Assembly (NCBI GenBank): GCA_046861645.1
Contig: JBHHUM010000046.1
Span: 1 to 17,384 of the forward strand
DNA: 17,384 nt
Source of the DNA: Fidelibacterota bacterium
Lineage (GTDB): Bacteria > Fidelibacterota > Marinisomatia > Marinisomatales > UBA2128
Direction: 5' to 3'
A program made the position numbers and the translations under genes. Of this stretch, positions 1 to 7,879 are shown one piece after another. Within the stretch, counting starts at the first letter, position 1. Each line of letters starts with the position of its first letter. The notes under the pieces were generated by a model. It made no database searches, had not been told where the DNA came from, and saw nothing but the letters and a program-made list of their open reading frames with translations.

Positions 1-1
1 A

Positions 2-3000
2 GACCAAAGGTTGTACAATTATGGAGTAGATCCAGACGACGACAATCACTTGATAATGTGCAAGCTATTTGATCCGTTTGGTGAGGGTAATAACTTCTAC
101 TCAGTGGAATCCTTTGATGGAGGCTACACATGGGAAGACTACGATGCCCTTCTTTTGGACTATTGGGGCTATGATTTTACACTTGTTCCTGAGACTTCAA
201 TTGTTCTGGCATCAACCTGGGGGAACGGTGTTCTAAAGATGACCGACTATGGCTGGGAACCGGCTGGAGAAGGTATTCCGGAAGGAGCTGCTGCGGGTGA
301 TATGGAGTTTACACCGCTTGGAGATATTTTGGTGGACATCTGGGGTGCAGGTATCTACGCCAGCTTGGATAGTGGAGCTACCTGGGAACCTGATAATGAA
401 GGACTCACCAGTAGCGGTTCTCTTGGAAAGGACTCAGAAGTAACTGAATCCGGTGTAATGACTGTTGCCGGGACCTATGGAGGAAACTTCCTCCGCACAA
501 CATCATCCGCTCCCATGATCACTACAATTCCCTCTGATACTTTGGACTTTGGTGATGTTTATATAGGCTATCCTGATACCGGTACGGTCACAATTCGCAA
601 CAGTGGTCTTTCCCCGCTGGAGGTCTATTCAGTAGAGCTTACGGGTGACGGATTCTCATTAGTGAATCCGCCTGCGGATACAATAACGCTCGATTTCTGG
701 GAAACTTTCGACTTGGATATCGCTTTTGATCCAGCCTTGGACGGCAACTACTTAGGAGAAATCACTATCCTGAGCAATTCCGTTGAGAATGATACACTTG
801 TGATAGAGGTAATAGCTACGGCGCTATTCCCGCCGGAGATCAGTGTGAGCCCCGATTCCCTATGGGCAGATCTCTTCACAGGGGAGACTGAAACGCAGAC
901 GTTGACGATTGCGAACACAGGGGAGAGCGATCTGGTCTATCAGTTAGAGGTGGAATCTGTCGAGGGGCTGAGAAATACTTCTTCATTAGCAGGCAATCCA
1001 CCGCTAAACCGCCAACCAGTCAATATCAGAGAACTTTTGGGCATTTCGTCCTCAGTGCGATCACTGCGTAGTCATAGAGCTGATGTTGCTGGAAGAGAGA
1101 GGATTTCCAGCAGATCAGTTGGGAGCCGTGACTGGTCGCTGCTCTACACTGATCCCGATGATGACTCTTTGACTTACGATGTTGGCAATGTGTACGGTAT
1201 GAGCAATGGAATCGATATTGCAGTCAAGTTTGAATCGTATGAAGGGTGGGGTAATCCCTATGAAATAGGCATGGGTGTAATCGTTATTGTTGATGCAGAC
1301 CAAAACACAGAAACTGGCTACTATGTTGGTGAATGGGATGTAGGGGCTGATTTTGTAGTTAATGGTTCGGAATTCTTCGAAATGGATATGGGACTATATG
1401 CTGTAATTGACGACGGGGATATTGAGTGGCTTTCACCATTGACTATTTTTGAACTTGAGGCCAATTCTAACTTCATAACCGTTGGAGTTTCTGCCGCCGA
1501 TATGGGTGATCCTGAAGCAATCGACTTCTATGCCTGGGTTGGCGCTCTGTATGTGGAAGATCTTGACTATGTACCTGATATATATTCAGGCCACATCTCT
1601 TGGGAGCTTGGACCAGGATGGCTGGAGCTGAGCTCTGAGGGCGGTACTATTCCGGCAGGTGGTCAGGATGAGATTATAGTCACGTTTGACGCATCTGGCC
1701 TGTTCGGCGGCGACTACTTCGCTGACATCATTGTCTCGAGTAATGATCCCACTGACCCTGAAATCACCGTACCCGCTCATCTTGATGTTACCGGTGCGCC
1801 AGACATAGCGGTGTCGGCAGATACGCTTGATTTTGGGGAGGTTTTCATCAATTACAGCGATACCTTGGAGCTGATCGTGGAGAACGACGGGACTGATGAT
1901 CTTCTCATCTCTGCTGTAGTGGCTGAACCATCCGAGTACTCTGTATCAGCTTCCTCTGCTGAAATCGTCCCCGGAGCGATGGAGACCTTCCTGGTAACCT
2001 TTTCTTCTGGCTCGGTTGGCGATTATCCGGGAACGTTGACGTTCAGTTCCAACGACCCCGATGAGGGTACTTATATAGTGATCCTGGAGGGTCAATGTGT
2101 TGAACCTCCTATCATATCTGTTTCACCGGATTCGCTAAATGATTCACTCTTTACTGGTGAAATATCTACTCAGCTGCTATCAATTTCAAATAGCGGCGGC
2201 AGTGACCTGATTTGGGAAATAGATATCGAAGGCGTTGGACTGGGTACAGTCACTTTTACAAAAGACGATTATGCAGATTGGACCTTACCCGAAAATCAGG
2301 ATCGTATCACTGATAATGTGTGGATCACTAGAGCCAATAGTCAGGGGATATTTAACATTGCTACAGAGAGTTATTACAATTGGGATTCACCCCATGATAC
2401 AGAGTGGTCATATGGCTATACTGAAGACCTTGAGCCTGAGGATTATCAAGTGTGGAGGGATGCTGTTGGTGGGTATCCTCCAGGGATGGTAGATGAGCCT
2501 ATGTCTTTACACCTGATATCTGATGATCTGTACTTCGATGTTATATTCCACAGTTGGACAAGTGGTGGACAAGGTGGGGGATTTTCATACACTCGCACAG
2601 ATGTAGAACCCCCCTGGCTGGAAGTGTCTGAGTTATCAGGCATCGTCCCAGCTGATTCATCTATGGAAATTGGAGTAACATTCGATGCTGCGGGTCTTTT
2701 TGGGGGAGATTACGAAGCAAGTATAATGATCTCAAATAACGATCCTGTGGATCCTCTTGTAACAGTACCTGTAAATATGAACGTGACAGGCGCTCCGGAT
2801 ATCTGGGTCGATCAAGACTCTTTGGACTTCGGAGAAACGTATGTGGATTACGGCGGTACACTGGAGTTGTTGATCGGCAATAACGGCACAGACGTGCTGG
2901 AGGTAACGAGTATTACCTCTGACAATGATGTGTTCACTATTTCTCAATCATCTGCCACTATTGATTATGGTGAGGAAATAGTAGTGGAAGTCTCTTTTCT

Positions 3001-6000
3001 GCCTACAGCTGTTGGCGATTATAGCGGCACTATTACTTTACTTTCCGATGATTCGGATGAAGGGACAGTAGAGATTCTTGTGTCAGGTAGTGCTGTGGAA
3101 CCTCCCATCATTTCTCTTTCGCCGGATTCCCTCTACTCAGCACTCTTCACCGGAGAAGTGGATTCACAGGTTGTTACCATCAGCAACAGTGGAGGCAGTG
3201 ATCTGGATTTCATTCTCTCTATTGAGGCGGTGGATCAGGCAAGAACAGCACTTGGCCTGAATCATACTGTAATCAATGCTGGATCTCGTCCCTCCTCGGT
3301 AGAACGATTAACTTCCAGAGGCAGTATTTCAGAGAGGATCAACCACACCGACTTTGTCTCATCATCCAGAAGAACAACCGGTGTGAATGTACTTTTGGTC
3401 CTTGCTGATGACGATATCTATTATGGGTCCCCATTCGCTGAACACCTGCTCACCTATGAAGATATTTCCGTGGTGGATATTTACGATGCGGGAGTCTCTA
3501 CTCCTGATCTTGAAACTCTCCAAAGCTACGATGTGGTGGTACCCTGGAGCAATTACTCATACTGGGATGCCGTCGCCCTGGGCAATATACTGGCTGAGTA
3601 TGTGGATAGTGGCGGCGCACTGGTGATGTTCCAGTTCTGCTTCTCTAACGTGAGCGGCATGGACGGTCAGATCATGACTGAAGGGTATGCTCCCTTCGAT
3701 AACGCCTACGTGACTTATGAAGAAAAGTACCTGGGTGACTACGATGCTGATCATCCTATCATGGACGGTGTTTCAGAAGGATACGACGGGTACAGTTCAG
3801 CTGTGTCACTTGTTGGTGATCCCGAAGTTGTAGCGTGGTACGACGACGGTACGCCCTGTGTGGCAGTCAATCCCAATGTGGTTGGTGTGAATGTCTATGT
3901 TGGAACATACTACTGGGCAGACAGTGATTTCTTCCACATGGGGCACAATGCGGTTATCTATGCCGCCACGGGCGGCGTTGACTGGCTAGCGGCCAATCCT
4001 ATAGAAGGAACGGTACCAGCTGGCGAGTCATTAGACGTCATGATAACCTTTGATGCAGCTGGCATGTTTGGTGGTGACTACTTTGCTGATATCATCGTCA
4101 CCAACAACGATCCAGCGAATCCTGAAGTGTCTATTCCAGCGCATCTAAATGTTACTGGCGCTCCAGACATCTGGGTTGACCCGGATACTATGGATTTTGG
4201 GGAAACGTATGTGGATTACGGCGGTACACTGGAGTTGTTGATCGGCAATGACGGCACGGATGTACTGGATGTAACGAGTATTTCCTCTGACAATGATGTA
4301 TTCACTATTTCTCAATCATCTGCCACCATTGACTACGGTGAGGAACTGGTGGTGGATGTATCCTTCCTTCCCACGTCTGTAGGGGACTACAGCGGCATCA
4401 TTACTATACTTTCCAATGATTCGGATGAAGGGACAGTAGAGATTCTTGTGTCAGGTAGTGCTATAGAACCACCCATAATATCTGTAACACCGGATTCTCT
4501 GTATGAGGCACTCTACACTGGTGAGGTGGCGACTCAGATTGTGACCATTAGCAATAATGGTGGCAGCGATTTAGAATGGGAGATTGGGATTTCTTCATCT
4601 GATATACTAAACGGGCTTTCTCAGCTTTCTATTATTTCCAAGGATGCTCTTAGATTATCTGTTCGCAGTGAACTGGATCATATGAAGCCAACTAGCATAG
4701 ACCAGCGAAAGGATCCAGAGCCACTTAATCTTCAAATAGTAGGCTATCTTGCAGAAAACCATGACTCTCCAACTACTCGCAGTAACGACAAGAAAGCAGA
4801 TAGCCACAGTCGGATAACGGCCAGAAAGAGAATTGTTGTTCACAGTGGTGATCGGGAGCGATCTGGTGGACGACAGGAGAGCCTGATTGCAATCATGTGC
4901 GACTTCGGATATGATGGTGGTGATGAACTCCCGAATACCTTGACCGATTTTGGTTACGACTACGTCTACGTCTGGAGTGTTTCAGAGGCTGAAGCAGAAG
5001 GGGCAGATGCAATTATTAGCGGATACGGAGCCAGTTGCGATTGGTATGAGATTACTGGCTGGATTGAGTCTGGGAAGGGCTACATCCAAAACGGGGATTG
5101 GTATAACTGGTTCCCCAACGGCTATGAATGGACAGGATCCGAACCCATCGAAGTGGAGCTGCTAGATGGTTCACATCCGATTGCCAACGACCTCCCAGCC
5201 AGTTGGACCGCCAATGGTTTCTGGCACTACTCTGGTGGTGGCTACATAGGATGGGTTACTGACGATATATTCAGTAATGTTGGTCAAGGTACTGTGTGGG
5301 GTTCTACCTATGATCGGGTTATTACGGCGGACCAGGTAGGCGATGGCTATGCGGTCTATCTTGGTTTTAATGTATTTGGATCTGAAGCAGGTGAAGAGTC
5401 ACTGCAGTTGTTTGCCAATGCACTGCAATATGTAACAACTGGCGGAGTGGCTTCTTGGCTTTCTCTGGACCAGGAATCGGGCGTCTTGCCAATCGGCGAG
5501 TCAATAGAAGTGGAAGTTGCATTCGATGCTGCTGGTCTGTTTGGTGGTGACTACTTTGCCGATATAGTTGTGTCGAGCAATGACCCAGCATATCCTGAGG
5601 TGAGGATTCCTGTAAACCTGAATGTGACAGGCGTCCCGGACATTGCCATTACCGATGAAGTTGTAGACTTTGACATCTCTTACGTAGGCTACATGGATCT
5701 GGCCCATCTCTCTATTGACAATGAGGGTACAGATGACCTGGTCATTTCAGATGTACAATCAGGTAATCCCGAGCTGACTGTGACACCTGCATCGCTAACT
5801 ATCCCACCAATGTCATCCGACACTCTTTCATTAGTGCTACTGTCCTACACGGAAGGGGAATTCAGTACGGCTGTAACGTTGACCTCGAATGATCCTGATG
5901 AGTCGACAGTGGAGGTGCCAGTAGTTTCCACTGTGTTCATCGCACCTGATATTGTAGTGTCACCTGAGGCATTTGATCTAACAGTACCATCTGGAGAGAT

Positions 6001-7321
6001 GGCATCCGACTCAATCATCATAACCAATGACGGAGGCAGCGATCTCGACTGGTCTATTGAAATAGAGTACGCTGATGGTCTGGCTATGCGTGAGAGTCAA
6101 ATACTCGGCGATCTGGAGTTTGACGCTCCCTACCCACCACAGATTGGATCGGGAGCTCAACATGTGGAGAACTCCGGAGAGCCTCATCAGTCGTCACTCA
6201 CCTTGGATGACCTGAGGAGCCAGCGCGGCAGCATAGACCTGCTCGCCTGGGTTGGATGTGCTGACTATTATCAAGAATACCTCAATACACTTGATGCCAT
6301 AAACATGTACTTTACCGATTACACTCTTTACGAATCGTACGCCGAGAGCGCTGACGATCTGGTATCAGATTTAGAGGGAATTGATGTTCTTCTGTTTCCG
6401 GAGCAGGAATACTGTTACATGTATTACTATGGAGAGGCATGGTCAGATGTGCTCACCGGTTTTGTGGAGCAAGGAGGAACGGTCATCGTCTGCGCAGACT
6501 ATGAATATCTCCTTGATGGCTGGGGTTTAATGGTGCATGGATACTACAACTGGATAGACGCATATTACAATCTTCAGGTCATCGAACCTGATCATCCTCT
6601 GGCCGAGGGGCTGGATGCTTCTTTCTCTGCTTGGGATGCCACCATCACTTTCCCGGAATGGGTAACTGAAGGTGTAGCAAATATTGTTGAGGAAACGGAC
6701 TATGGCATTGGCAATGTATTCTCTATCTATTCTTATGGCAATGGTCAAGTGATTTACCACGGCGCCGATTTCTATGTATATGAAGAAAATACCGCCCAGA
6801 TGATCGCCAATGCGGTTACCTTTGGTGGACAGAATTGGCTGTCCGCTGAACCGATGGTTGGGACAATTTCCGCCGGCGAGTCATCCACAATCACTGTGAT
6901 CTTTGATGCTGCTGATCTGGAGGCGGGTGATTACAGTGCTGAGATCGTTATCAATAGCAATGATCCGGACGACGAAACCGTGACGATTCCCGTGTTGCTG
7001 ACTGTGACCGGAGCGGGTATTGATAACCAAGTGGCTCTTCCGGAGAAGTATGCCCTGCATCAGAACTATCCCAACCCATTCAACCCGGTAACGACCATCC
7101 GCTATGACCTGCCTGAAGTGGCTGACGTGCGTCTGACAGTATATGATTTGCTGGGCCGTGAGGTTTTGCGGCTGGTGGATGAGCGGCAGGAGGCGGGGTA
7201 TCAGTCTGTCATCTGGAATGGCCGGGATATGTTGGGTCGTGAGGTCGCTACAGGAGTGTACATCTATCGCCTGACAGCTGGAGATTTCGTCATGACCCGC
7301 AAGCTGGTGCTGATGAAGTAG
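2..7321 (+). CDS. Giant modular secreted/surface protein, 5'-partial: Asp-box beta-propeller end, repeated ASH/choice-of-anchor-D-type Ig-like domains with five inserted domains, C-terminal T9SS-like (FlgD-Ig type) sorting domain
   Basis: The frame is open from base 2 (GAC CAA AGG TTG...) to TAG at 7319-7321 with no signal peptide, so the real start lies upstream of the window. Asp-boxes SFDGGYTW (110-133) and SLDSGATW (362-385). Recurrent motifs I.VSPDSL...TISN.GGSDL.W, WL...G...AG....V.FDA.G..GGDY.A.I...SNDP and DI.V..D.LDFG...N.GTD.L. The C-terminus reads LHQNYPNPFNPVTTIRYDLP...GVYIYRL...KLVLMK. Confidence 0.92.
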   Translation, partial: DQRLYNYGVDPDDDNHLIMCKLFDPFGEGNNFYSVESFDGGYTWEDYDALLLDYWGYDFTLVPETSIVLASTWGNGVLKMTDYGWEPAGEGIPEGAAAGDMEFTPLGDILVDIWGAGIYASLDSGATWEPDNEGLTSSGSLGKDSEVTESGVMTVAGTYGGNFLRTTSSAPMITTIPSDTLDFGDVYIGYPDTGTVTIRNSGLSPLEVYSVELTGDGFSLVNPPADTITLDFWETFDLDIAFDPALDGNYLGEITILSNSVENDTLVIEVIATALFPPEISVSPDSLWADLFTGETETQTLTIANTGESDLVYQLEVESVEGLRNTSSLAGNPPLNRQPVNIRELLGISSSVRSLRSHRADVAGRERISSRSVGSRDWSLLYTDPDDDSLTYDVGNVYGMSNGIDIAVKFESYEGWGNPYEIGMGVIVIVDADQNTETGYYVGEWDVGADFVVNGSEFFEMDMGLYAVIDDGDIEWLSPLTIFELEANSNFITVGVSAADMGDPEAIDFYAWVGALYVEDLDYVPDIYSGHISWELGPGWLELSSEGGTIPAGGQDEIIVTFDASGLFGGDYFADIIVSSNDPTDPEITVPAHLDVTGAPDIAVSADTLDFGEVFINYSDTLELIVENDGTDDLLISAVVAEPSEYSVSASSAEIVPGAMETFLVTFSSGSVGDYPGTLTFSSNDPDEGTYIVILEGQCVEPPIISVSPDSLNDSLFTGEISTQLLSISNSGGSDLIWEIDIEGVGLGTVTFTKDDYADWTLPENQDRITDNVWITRANSQGIFNIATESYYNWDSPHDTEWSYGYTEDLEPEDYQVWRDAVGGYPPGMVDEPMSLHLISDDLYFDVIFHSWTSGGQGGGFSYTRTDVEPPWLEVSELSGIVPADSSMEIGVTFDAAGLFGGDYEASIMISNNDPVDPLVTVPVNMNVTGAPDIWVDQDSLDFGETYVDYGGTLELLIGNNGTDVLEVTSITSDNDVFTISQSSATIDYGEEIVVEVSFLPTAVGDYSGTITLLSDDSDEGTVEILVSGSAVEPPIISLSPDSLYSALFTGEVDSQVVTISNSGGSDLDFILSIEAVDQARTALGLNHTVINAGSRPSSVERLTSRGSISERINHTDFVSSSRRTTGVNVLLVLADDDIYYGSPFAEHLLTYEDISVVDIYDAGVSTPDLETLQSYDVVVPWSNYSYWDAVALGNILAEYVDSGGALVMFQFCFSNVSGMDGQIMTEGYAPFDNAYVTYEEKYLGDYDADHPIMDGVSEGYDGYSSAVSLVGDPEVVAWYDDGTPCVAVNPNVVGVNVYVGTYYWADSDFFHMGHNAVIYAATGGVDWLAANPIEGTVPAGESLDVMITFDAAGMFGGDYFADIIVTNNDPANPEVSIPAHLNVTGAPDIWVDPDTMDFGETYVDYGGTLELLIGNDGTDVLDVTSISSDNDVFTISQSSATIDYGEELVVDVSFLPTSVGDYSGIITILSNDSDEGTVEILVSGSAIEPPIISVTPDSLYEALYTGEVATQIVTISNNGGSDLEWEIGISSSDILNGLSQLSIISKDALRLSVRSELDHMKPTSIDQRKDPEPLNLQIVGYLAENHDSPTTRSNDKKADSHSRITARKRIVVHSGDRERSGGRQESLIAIMCDFGYDGGDELPNTLTDFGYDYVYVWSVSEAEAEGADAIISGYGASCDWYEITGWIESGKGYIQNGDWYNWFPNGYEWTGSEPIEVELLDGSHPIANDLPASWTANGFWHYSGGGYIGWVTDDIFSNVGQGTVWGSTYDRVITADQVGDGYAVYLGFNVFGSEAGEESLQLFANALQYVTTGGVASWLSLDQESGVLPIGESIEVEVAFDAAGLFGGDYFADIVVSSNDPAYPEVRIPVNLNVTGVPDIAITDEVVDFDISYVGYMDLAHLSIDNEGTDDLVISDVQSGNPELTVTPASLTIPPMSSDTLSLVLLSYTEGEFSTAVTLTSNDPDESTVEVPVVSTVFIAPDIVVSPEAFDLTVPSGEMASDSIIITNDGGSDLDWSIEIEYADGLAMRESQILGDLEFDAPYPPQIGSGAQHVENSGEPHQSSLTLDDLRSQRGSIDLLAWVGCADYYQEYLNTLDAINMYFTDYTLYESYAESADDLVSDLEGIDVLLFPEQEYCYMYYYGEAWSDVLTGFVEQGGTVIVCADYEYLLDGWGLMVHGYYNWIDAYYNLQVIEPDHPLAEGLDASFSAWDATITFPEWVTEGVANIVEETDYGIGNVFSIYSYGNGQVIYHGADFYVYEENTAQMIANAVTFGGQNWLSAEPMVGTISAGESSTITVIFDAADLEAGDYSAEIVINSNDPDDETVTIPVLLTVTGAGIDNQVALPEKYALHQNYPNPFNPVTTIRYDLPEVADVRLTVYDLLGREVLRLVDERQEAGYQSVIWNGRDMLGREVATGVYIYRLTAGDFVMTRKLVLMK
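830..7012 (+). repeat. Five tandem intragenic modules (split Ig-like domain + variable insert, followed by an ASH-like Ig domain in units 1-4)
   Basis: Units start at 830 (PPEISVSPDSL), 2105 (PPIISVSPDSL), 3101 (PPIISLSPDSL), 4469 (PPIISVTPDSL) and 5942 (APDIVVSPEAF). The conserved part resumes at a WL motif at 1619, 2615, 3983, 5456 and 6836. ASH-like domains start at about 512, 1799, 2795, 4163 and 5636. Confidence 0.9.
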
Positions 7322-7416
7322 AGGAAGTAGCCATAACTGATATGAATCATGACCAGTATATGGATGTTTTTGATATTGTCTTGTTGGTACAGGTTATCTT
7401 GGGAAATGAAGATTGA
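7321..7416 (+). pseudogene. Orphan second half of a dockerin-like domain, in a different frame from the upstream CDS
   Basis: Translation from 7321 gives EEVAITDMNHDQYMDVFDIVLLVQVILGNED*. This has a DxNxDxxxDxxD calcium loop plus a hydrophobic helix and aligns with the neighbouring protease's IAADLDSDSDVDILDVIRMVNIILGN. Confidence 0.75.
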
Positions 7417-7428
7417 ACTCACCCTTGG

Positions 7429-7474
7429 TCCCTCGCCTCGACACATTGGGATAAAGGGACTTTTAAAAGAGGGA
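7429..7474. repeat. Interrupted palindrome (REP-like or terminator-like)
   Basis: TCCCTC (7429-7434) joined to TTTTAAAAGAGGGA (7461-7474) gives the perfect palindrome TCCCTCTTTTAAAAGAGGGA. A 26-nt segment (7435-7460) separates the two parts. Confidence 0.45.
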
Positions 7475-7483
7475 TAAATTATT

Positions 7484-7525
7484 AATCTTGTTCATCCTTA
7501 AATCCTATAAATCAGGGTTCAGACA
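7484..7525. repeat. Degenerate 8-9-nt tandem repeat (AATCCT..-like) ending in TTCAGACA
   Basis: ATC recurs at 7485, 7494, 7502 and 7511 in AATCTTGTTCATCCTTAAATCCTATAAATCAGGGTTCAGACA. Confidence 0.5.
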
Positions 7526-7593
7526 GTTAGTTTCCTTTCATATAAGCTGCAAAATCCATTGTCTTTTCCATAGCATTGATCGAATTCCGCTCT

Positions 7594-7762
7594 ATGGTTC
7601 AACCCCTGACAGGGTTGGGCTGACGTGTTTCTTTGGTCAATAGATATTCAACTCCTAACGGAGTATTGATCGATTGCTTTAAGAAAACTCGCTTGCGGGT
7701 TTAATATTTATAGCACAAATCTATTATTAAAACAGAACTCCAGCGGAGTTAAACAGACTATT
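7594..7762. repeat. Cluster of four REP-like hairpins, two in each orientation
   Basis: CAACCC-ctgaca-GGGTTG (7600-7617), ACTCC-taac-GGAGT (7651-7664), AACTCGC-tt-GCGGGTT (7686-7701) and AACTCC-agc-GGAGTT (7736-7750). The shared flank lies 5' of copies 1-2 (e.g. AATAGATATTCA) and appears as the reverse complement 3' of copies 3-4. Confidence 0.65.
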
Positions 7763-7866
7763 CAGTGGTCATGTTCGGTCCGGTTTAGGACAGGTCAATA
7801 TCAGAATTTGGGTTTAAGTTTCCGATTGTCCATCAACAAGCCCGTAGGTAATTTCCTCTCCTAATC

Positions 7867-7872
7867 AAGGAG
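7867..7872 (+). promoter_or_regulatory. Shine-Dalgarno site of the metalloprotease gene
   Basis: AAGGAG lies 7 nt upstream of GTG at 7880. Confidence 0.75.
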
Positions 7873-7879
7873 AATAGCC

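Noticed and set aside
11..13. TTG at 11 as the start of the giant protein
   Set aside because: The frame is open to the window edge, the sequence begins mid-propeller and there is no signal peptide.
2795..4465. Near-identical repeats as the template/variable pair of a diversity-generating retroelement
   Set aside because: Mismatches include many C/T changes (GAC/GAT, ACT/ACC, TAT/TAC) rather than adenine-specific ones, both copies are in-frame structural domains, and no reverse transcriptase is present.
962..6835. Inserted domains as inteins
   Set aside because: No Cys/Ser start with His-Asn end splice motifs and no LAGLIDADG blocks at the insert boundaries.
830..7012. Giant protein as a cohesin scaffoldin for the dockerin protease
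   Set aside because: The repeats match ASH/choice-of-anchor-D-like Ig patterns and I cannot see cohesin signatures. An HMM search would be needed to exclude this fully.
7594..7762. Spaced palindromes as a CRISPR array
   Set aside because: The copies are not identical, switch orientation and are irregularly spaced, and there are no cas genes.
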